This document shows, one piece after another, positions 55,082 to 60,412 of a DNA stretch of 64,000 bases (positions are counted from its first letter, which is position 1; each line of letters opens with the position of its first letter). The stretch covers positions 1 through 64,000 of IMG/VR virus record IMGVR_UViG_3300017700_000931. One strand, written 5' to 3'. The DNA is from a virus. Its lineage: Duplodnaviria; Caudoviricetes. The notes below the pieces were generated by a model. The model was given only the letters and a program-made list of their open reading frames with translations. It had not been told where the DNA came from and did not search any database. The translations under genes and the position numbers were made by a program.

Positions 55082-55489
55082 ATGGAAACTAAAATATGCC
55101 CTACTTGTAATATCGATAAATCAATCGATGAATACTATTCACAAAATGATAGACCAAATGGTCAATCGTCTTGTAAAAAATGTTTTAATATTTATTGTAG
55201 TGAACGATGGATAAAGACTAAAATTAAAGCGATAGAATATAAAGGTTCTAAATGTCTTGATTGTACCCATTCATATCCTAATCAACCTTATGTTATTTTT
55301 GATTTTCACCATAGAGACCCATCAAAAAAAGATGCTGATTGGAACAAATTAAAAAAACGTTCTTGGAATAAGATTACTCAAGAACTTGATAAATGTGATT
55401 TACTTTGTTCAAATTGCCACCGTATTAGGCATCACAATATTAAATTAACAGTACCCCTATCAGGACTCGAACCTGAACTAAATGCTTAG
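55082..55489 (+). mobile_element. free-standing HNH endonuclease antisense within tRNA operon 4
   Basis: CPTC, CKKC, CLDC, FHHRDP, LCSNCHR; 3' end overlaps tRNA-Arg. Confidence 0.8.
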
Positions 55490-55523
55490 AAGGCATTTGT
55501 GCTATCCATTACACCATAGAGGC
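55452..55523 (-). tRNA. tRNA-Arg(UCU)
   Basis: AAUGC CU-UCU-AA GCAUU. Confidence 0.9.
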
Positions 55524-55530
55524 AAATTTG

Positions 55531-55602
55531 TGACCCCGACAGGATTCGAACCTGTGACCGTCGGTTTAGAAAACCGATGTTCTTCCGCTGAACTACGGGG
55601 CC
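55531..55602 (-). tRNA. tRNA-Arg(UCU)
   Basis: UCGGU UU-UCU-AA ACCGA. Confidence 0.9.
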
Positions 55603-55612
55603 AATAATTTTG

Positions 55613-55685
55613 TAGTTCCCAAGAGATTCGAACTCTTACTTCAACGTTCGTAGCGTTGGGTGCTATCCAGTTACACCAAGGAACC
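55613..55685 (-). tRNA. tRNA-Arg(ACG)
   Basis: CAACG CU-ACG-AA CGUUG. Confidence 0.9.
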
Positions 55686-55692
55686 ATTTATT

Positions 55693-55772
55693 TGGTACAG
55701 ATGATAGGATTCGAACCTACATTGCGCTCCGTTACAGCTTCTAGTTTCGAAGACTAGGCTGGCTACATCTGT
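55693..55772 (-). tRNA. tRNA-Arg(UCG), D-armless, encoded CCA
   Basis: 8-nt connector; CUAGU CU-UCG-AA ACUAG; 20-nt variable region. Confidence 0.7.
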
Positions 55773-55773
55773 A

Positions 55774-56007
55774 TTAAAATATCATTCTTTTCCTCACAAT
55801 TAAATCATGGTCATTATATGATTTAAAATCCCATCTAATTTTATCCACTTTTTGACCTTTTTCTAACCTCATTCCTTTTATTTTATTATTCTCACAAACA
55901 CTACCAATAAAATAACCAAACTTTCTAAGTATTGGATTGATGAGGACCTTTAACAAAGACCTATGATTAACAATTTTGTTATCTTTATAAAGTATTCCCA
56001 ATTTCAT
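55774..56007 (-). CDS. hypothetical protein
   Basis: 77-aa ORF starting 1 nt after tRNA-Arg(CCU). Confidence 0.65.
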   Translation of the reverse strand: MKLGILYKDNKIVNHRSLLKVLINPILRKFGYFIGSVCENNKIKGMRLEKGQKVDKIRWDFKSYNDHDLIVRKRMIF

Positions 56008-56008
56008 G

Positions 56009-56080
56009 TGACTCCGACAGGAATCGAACCTGTATCAAAAGTTTAGGAAACTTCTATTCTATCCGTTGAACTACGGAGCC
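56009..56080 (-). tRNA. tRNA-Arg(CCU)
   Basis: GAAGU UU-CCU-AA ACUUU. Confidence 0.9.
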
Positions 56081-56118
56081 ATTATCATTAATAATAAATA
56101 CTCTATAAAAATCAAGAG

Positions 56119-56190
56119 TAGCGATATACAGAATCGAACTGTAATTTCAAGGATATGAGCCGAGTGTAATAACCACTATACGATATCGCC
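56119..56190 (-). tRNA. tRNA-Met(CAU), elongator-type
   Basis: loop CU-CAU-AU; imperfect stem. Confidence 0.75.
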
Positions 56191-56195
56191 ATGTA

Positions 56196-56290
56196 AAAGT
56201 AATTTAATTATTGGGAGGTGCCCGACTTCTCCTTTTTGTATGGGTCTTTGTCAAATGAGCCAAATTTCAAACTCAACAATAAATTACTTT
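56196..56290 (-). ncRNA. spacer-encoded structured RNA
   Basis: 11-bp closing helix AAAGUAAUUUA/UAAAUUACUUU. Confidence 0.4.
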
Positions 56291-56292
56291 TG

Positions 56293-56380
56293 CTACTGGG
56301 GTGGGATTCGAACCCACGGTGGAGAATTAACTCGTCAGATTAACAGTCTGATGCATTCGGCCAACTATGCGAACCCAGTA
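56293..56380 (-). tRNA. tRNA-Asn(GUU), long variable arm
   Basis: UCAGA CU-GUU-AA UCUGA; G73. Confidence 0.85.
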
Positions 56381-56390
56381 ATAAATATTG

Positions 56391-56463
56391 CTCTCCTACT
56401 TGGATTCGAACCAAGGACCCTTCGCTTAACAGGCGAACGCTCTAACCGCTGAGCTATAGAAGA
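56391..56463 (-). tRNA. tRNA-Asn(GUU)
   Basis: UUCGC CU-GUU-AA GCGAA. Confidence 0.92.
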
Positions 56464-56544
56464 ATGTAAAATGGAGCTGAGATATTGGATTAATCGGTTT
56501 AATCCTACACCCACTTATTCAAAATATTCGTGGACTCCATTTTG

Positions 56545-56618
56545 TGGGCCTTGTTGGATTCGAACCAACCACCTACTGATTATGAGTCAGTTGCTCTAAC
56601 CGAATGAGCTAAAGGCCC
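56545..56618 (-). tRNA. tRNA(CAU), Ile2-type
   Basis: GGGCCUU body; ACUGA CU-CAU-AA UCAGU; resembles lysidine tRNA-Ile2. Confidence 0.75.
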
Positions 56619-56621
56619 AAT

Positions 56622-56711
56622 TTAAGAGTGGAGGATTCGAACCTCCGCAGGGTGCTACCCGTCCCACGACCTTCCTTTGGAATCGAACCAAACTTCAACC
56701 ATTGACTCTTA
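56622..56711 (-). ncRNA. tRNA-like RNA with two T arms
   Basis: UAAGAGU/ACUCUUA enclosing UUUGG UUCGAUU CCAAA and GGAGG UUCGAAU CCUCC. Confidence 0.6.
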
Positions 56712-56712
56712 G

Positions 56713-56789
56713 TACTGACGATGGGATTCGAACCCACTTGTAACCTATTACCCTTTCAACAAGATATAAGCTTGAGGGGATACATCAGC
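56713..56789 (-). tRNA. tRNA-Ile(UAU), D-armless
   Basis: CAAG CU-UAU-AU CUUG; connector UAUCC can pair with GGGUA. Confidence 0.65.
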
Positions 56790-56919
56790 ATTTGTAGTTT
56801 TATGCCCTAGAGAAACTACAACTCCGTCTCATTTCCGGCTAACGTCTGGTACCATCTTTTAGCCTTATAATCGATACCACATAGTGTGCATGCAAGCAGA
56901 GGCATATGGTGACTTCGAG

Positions 56920-57003
56920 TTGTGTCGGTGGGAGTTGAACCCACTTTGAGGATATACCTCCCAGCTTATCAGGCTGGTGCCTAAACCGTCCGACCCCGAC
57001 ACA
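56920..57003 (-). tRNA. tRNA-Ile(GAU), long variable arm
   Basis: CCAGC CU-GAU-AA GCUGG; GAGG UAUAU CCUC. Confidence 0.78.
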
Positions 57004-57064
57004 ATAATCTAATTCTAAGCTTCCGTTACCTGAACGGTCTATGAATTAGTAACAGTCTAGCTCG

Positions 57065-57136
57065 TTGTCTCGCCCAGACTCGAACTGGGAATACATCGGT
57101 ATCAGCGATGCGTGATAACCATTTCACCACGAGACA
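57065..57136 (-). tRNA. tRNA-Ile(GAU)
   Basis: CAUCG CU-GAU-AC CGAUG. Confidence 0.9.
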
Positions 57137-57147
57137 ATTTAAATTAG

Positions 57148-57218
57148 ACGAAATGATGAGAGTCGAACTCATACCAACCCCTTCGCTGGGGCCGTTCTAG
57201 CCATTAAACTACATTTCT
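57148..57218 (-). pseudogene. tRNA body with 6-nt anticodon loop
   Basis: GCCCC AGCGAA GGGGU; normal D and T arms. Confidence 0.6.
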
Positions 57219-57256
57219 ACTCTCCTTTACTAGTATTTCAGAGAGACTTGCAAGTG

Positions 57257-57328
57257 CGGACAGGGTCAGACTCGAACTGACATCCCCTCGCTTAACAGGC
57301 GAGTGTTTTACATTAGTACTACCTGTCC
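57257..57328 (-). tRNA. tRNA-Asn(GUU)
   Basis: CUCGC CU-GUU-AA GCGAG. Confidence 0.85.
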
Positions 57329-57385
57329 ATAGGTAAAAGAGCCTTGCACTCTATTTGGAAGTCACATCTATGCTTCTAAGTCAAG

Positions 57386-57459
57386 GGTGACTGACGGGAA
57401 TCGAACCCGCATTAACAGGACCACAACCTGTCGTGTTAGACCATTACACTACAGTCACC
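57386..57459 (-). tRNA. tRNA-His(GUG)
   Basis: G-1:C73; ACAGG UU-GUG-GU CCUGU. Confidence 0.92.
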
Positions 57460-57469
57460 ATATATTTTG

Positions 57470-57557
57470 CGGATAGAAAGAGATTCGAACTCTTGCAACG
57501 ATTCAACGTTCTACTGCCTTTCCAAGACAGCCTCTTTAGCCACTTGAGTACCTATCC
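57470..57557 (-). tRNA. tRNA-Ser(GGA)
   Basis: CUGUC UU-GGA-AA GGCAG; G73. Confidence 0.88.
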
Positions 57558-57563
57558 ATTTTG

Positions 57564-57645
57564 CGGAAGACAAAGTAATCGAAACCTGTACGATGTACGT
57601 ACCCCACGGGTTCAAGCCGTGTTTGCCACCTTGACGGTGCCTTCC
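57564..57645 (-). tRNA. tRNA-Ser(UGA), weak D and T arms
   Basis: CACGG CU-UGA-AC CCGUG; G73. Confidence 0.65.
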
Positions 57646-57652
57646 ATTTTTG

Positions 57653-57739
57653 CGGAGAGGGTGGGACTCGAACCCACACACCTCTAGGGCCTACGGTTTT
57701 CAAGACCGTTGCAGTTAGGCCAACTCTGCTTACCTCTCC
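57653..57739 (-). tRNA. tRNA-Ser(UGA)
   Basis: ACGGU CU-UGA-AA ACCGU; G73. Confidence 0.9.
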
Positions 57740-57741
57740 AG

Positions 57742-57829
57742 TAGACATGTATGAGATTCGAACTCATGGTCCCTACACGGGACACCTGTTTCACACAGGC
57801 CGCTTTAAACCACTCAGCCAACATTATCT
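57742..57829 (-). tRNA. tRNA-Ser(UGA)-like
   Basis: GCCUG UG-UGA-AA CAGGU (G33); bulged acceptor. Confidence 0.65.
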
Positions 57830-57830
57830 G

Positions 57831-57920
57831 CACACCCGTAGGGATTCGAACCCTCAGCCAATCGTAAGACTTCCGTAGAAACTGATTTGGAGCCAGCTGG
57901 TCACGCCAATGAGCGGGTGT
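57831..57920 (-). tRNA. tRNA-Trp(CCA), very long variable region
   Basis: A1-U72, G73; GCUGG CU-CCA-AA UCAGU. Confidence 0.7.
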
Positions 57921-57930
57921 GTATAAATTG

Positions 57931-58009
57931 CACGGATGGAAGGAATCGAACCCTCTAGACTTTCGTCACGGTTTTGGAGACCGCTGTCCCACCATAGGAC
58001 ATCACCCGT
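57931..58009 (-). tRNA. tRNA-Trp(CCA), variable arm
   Basis: A1-U72, G73; GCGGU CU-CCA-AA ACCGU; GAC GAAA GUC. Confidence 0.85.
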
Positions 58010-58020
58010 GTATTACCAAT

Positions 58021-58032
58021 ACGTCAAAGAAC
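58021..58032 (-). promoter_or_regulatory. boxA-like site
   Basis: GUUCUUUGACGU. Confidence 0.6.
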
Positions 58033-58065
58033 TATTGAATCTACATTTAGATTCACATTTTGTTG

Positions 58066-58137
58066 GGTGTAAGGACGGTACCGACCCGTCTTCTCTAGGT
58101 TCACAGCCTAGCACTTCACCTTAAAGCTTCAAACACC
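58066..58137 (-). tRNA. tRNA-His(GUG), atypical T loop
   Basis: CUAGG CU-GUG-AA CCUAG; G-1:C73. Confidence 0.78.
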
Positions 58138-58308
58138 ATTTATCTTAACAAATATAATCATGTTTCCATGTTCCTTTTTAAAAACCAGCTCACCATGATA
58201 TCCGGTGGCAATAGCTATTATTGTATATTTGTCAATTATCTTATCGAAATTTTTTTTAAAGTATTCCAACTTTTCACTCCCTAACTTTCTCACTAAATCC
58301 TCTTCCAT
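58129..58308 (-). CDS. hypothetical protein
   Basis: start MEEDL directly after the terminator. Confidence 0.5.
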   Translation of the reverse strand: MEEDLVRKLGSEKLEYFKKNFDKIIDKYTIIAIATGYHGELVFKKEHGNMIIFVKINGV

Positions 58309-58327
58309 AACCAAAAATTTTAAGCAC

Positions 58328-58356
58328 AAAAAAAGCTCGACCTTGTGAGTCGAGCT
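58328..58356 (-). terminator. attenuator terminator, operon 4
   Basis: AGCUCGAC/GUCGAGCU plus U tract. Confidence 0.9.
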
Positions 58357-58384
58357 AAATCCTTATTACCTATATCTTGTTACA

Positions 58385-58477
58385 TTATGATACTTTGGTT
58401 ATGGACATACCCGACTCGGTTGAAGAATTACGTCTCCAATTACTAATCGAAATCATATGTATGTGCATTGTCATCAT
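58385..58477 (-). CDS. attenuator leader peptide 4 (M/H/I/S/N/W/R sensor)
   Basis: MMTMHIHMISISNWRRNSSTESGMSITKVS. Confidence 0.85.
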   Translation of the reverse strand: MMTMHIHMISISNWRRNSSTESGMSITKVS

Positions 58478-58514
58478 TTTGTAAAAATTGTTTTGTTTAT
58501 TATTAAATATATCA

Positions 58515-58544
58515 CAAAGATACTAATGTTATTTGAATTAGCAA
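58515..58544 (-). promoter_or_regulatory. Bacteroidota-type promoter, operon 4
   Basis: TTGC ... TATCTTTG; within 53 bp identical to operon 3 promoter. Confidence 0.8.
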
Positions 58545-58557
58545 TGATTTTTGTGAA

Positions 58558-59175
58558 TTATTTTTTCTTTTTTTTAGTTTTCCTTGATTTTACTGGTGTT
58601 TTGACAGATGCGGCGATAGAATCTTTTTTTGTCATTTCAACATAATTGAATGGTTTTTCCACTCCTCCGCTAAAATGTGCTGCCGCAGATAATGCAATTT
58701 CTAACTTTTCGTATGGCTTCATTTTAACATTTTGAAGAGCATACATGGCACCATCTGCTATTTCTTCACCACACCCAACTGATATAAAATTATCTTTAGT
58801 CATTGCTACTTGATAATCTTCATCAATCATATAAAGTTCACCTTTATATCCGACTAAGAAGGTCCCACCTTTATCATCACCATCTTTAAATCTTTGACTA
58901 TACCCACCTTTTCTAAAACACTCCTTGACTGAGTCAATAAATGTTGTTATCATGAAATCAAAATCAGATTGACCTTTCTTTTGTTTTGGTGCTTTATAAT
59001 GTGAAGACATTAATAATTGTCCCATCCTAAAACTTGATGTAAAACCCATTATAAATGGTCCTGTTTTGAAAACCTTAGTATCTCGTCTAATATGGATAGA
59101 TAATCCGCCAACACCAGCACTATCACCACCAATTATAACTTTATCCTGTTGAATTAATCCTACTATACATGTCAT
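58558..59175 (-). CDS. HslV-like Ntn protease
   Basis: MTCIVG...GGDS, SVGCG..IADGAM. Confidence 0.75.
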   Translation of the reverse strand: MTCIVGLIQQDKVIIGGDSAGVGGLSIHIRRDTKVFKTGPFIMGFTSSFRMGQLLMSSHYKAPKQKKGQSDFDFMITTFIDSVKECFRKGGYSQRFKDGDDKGGTFLVGYKGELYMIDEDYQVAMTKDNFISVGCGEEIADGAMYALQNVKMKPYEKLEIALSAAAHFSGGVEKPFNYVEMTKKDSIAASVKTPVKSRKTKKKKK

Positions 59176-59225
59176 AGAGCGAAATTACACAAAAAAAGAC
59201 TCACTTACAAGGGTGAGTCTTTAAA

Positions 59226-60383
59226 TTATTTGAGTAATTCTTTGAAATTATCAATTTCCTTAGCATTTATGAATCGACCCATCGCTGGGCCATCTTCTAT
59301 TCCAGCATCAGTAGCATCTTTACCAGTAACACTTAAATTAAACTCTAAAAATGCTGCTAACATATTATCATCAAAAGAAATTAGCTTACCAAATTTCTTA
59401 ATTGAATCAGAATTAACGCCGGAACGCACTTGAAGCTTTTTATAGCCAACAATTGAATTAATTGCAAAATCCTTCAATGAAATTAAAAATGTAATAGCTT
59501 TGACTTCATTAGCTGAATATGTCAATTTGTTTAAATCTTTAGCCAATTGTGTTGGGTCATTATTTACTAATAACCAAGCAATTAATATGGCTGGGTCTCT
59601 TTCTTCAATAAAATCTTTGTTAACATCCAACCCAGTGAAAATCCAATCAAACAAATTGTATTTATTAATCAATTGTAAAAAATGAATTACCGATTTACTA
59701 GTTTTTAATCCCTTCAAGAATTCATCTCTGATTCTTTCTGGAGAAATATCTTTAAGACTTGCATCCTTTTGTAATGCTTTATCAACCGCTGGGTCTAATT
59801 CGGAACCAAACCTTCCCGCAAATCTAATTGCTCTCAGAATTCTAAGTCTATCTTCACCAAATCTATCTTCAGCAGAACCAACTGTTTTGACAACACCATT
59901 TTTTAAATCATCAATACCACCAACAAGGTCAACGACTTCGCCAGTATCGATATCATAAAATAATGCGTTAATTGTAAGGTCACGTCTTTTTACATCTGTT
60001 TCAATATTGGTGAATTCAACCTCATCCGGTCTTCTACCTGAACCAATATCTTTTCTGAATGTCGCTATTTCATATTCACCTGAATCGGAAAATACATTAA
60101 TAACACCAAATTGTTTTCCAGTTGGGAGTGTTTTGAGTCCAGCTTCTTTCATCATGGATTCAACCTTGTCTGGAACTGCATCAGTAGCTAAGTCCCAATC
60201 TTTTGGTATTTTACCAAGTAACGCATCTCTAACAGCACCACCAACCACAAATAATTTGTGCCCATTAGCAACAAATATGTTTTTTATTGCAATAATGTCT
60301 TGTGGAACCGGAATGTTCATTTTTACTCGACTTTCCATAATAAGACTTCTGATTTTATTTTTAATAAATTCTTTCACTTGCAA
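59226..60383 (-). CDS. cca: CCA tRNA nucleotidyltransferase
   Basis: VGGAVRD, DWDLAT, RRDLTINAL, EDRLRILRAIRF; start uncertain. Confidence 0.92.
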   Translation of the reverse strand: MQVKEFIKNKIRSLIMESRVKMNIPVPQDIIAIKNIFVANGHKLFVVGGAVRDALLGKIPKDWDLATDAVPDKVESMMKEAGLKTLPTGKQFGVINVFSDSGEYEIATFRKDIGSGRRPDEVEFTNIETDVKRRDLTINALFYDIDTGEVVDLVGGIDDLKNGVVKTVGSAEDRFGEDRLRILRAIRFAGRFGSELDPAVDKALQKDASLKDISPERIRDEFLKGLKTSKSVIHFLQLINKYNLFDWIFTGLDVNKDFIEERDPAILIAWLLVNNDPTQLAKDLNKLTYSANEVKAITFLISLKDFAINSIVGYKKLQVRSGVNSDSIKKFGKLISFDDNMLAAFLEFNLSVTGKDATDAGIEDGPAMGRFINAKEIDNFKELLK

Positions 60384-60412
60384 ATATAAGTATTAATTTT
60401 TGGATGACCTAA

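Noticed and set aside
56471-56540. Additional tRNA
   Set aside because: Terminal pairing GGAGU/GCUCC and one hairpin, but no T loop or anticodon arm.
13162-58124. Track ORFs overlapping tRNA arrays (e.g. 13162-13407, 13695-13931, 30302-30544, 32237-32794, 32585-32968, 55502-55687, 57433-57748, 57936-58124)
   Set aside because: They are translations of tRNA genes on either strand.
444-60396. Short plus-strand track ORFs antisense to long minus-strand genes (e.g. 444-662, 1776-2093, 11237-11701, 35183-35626, 60007-60396)
   Set aside because: Shadow ORFs with no motifs, lying opposite well-supported genes.
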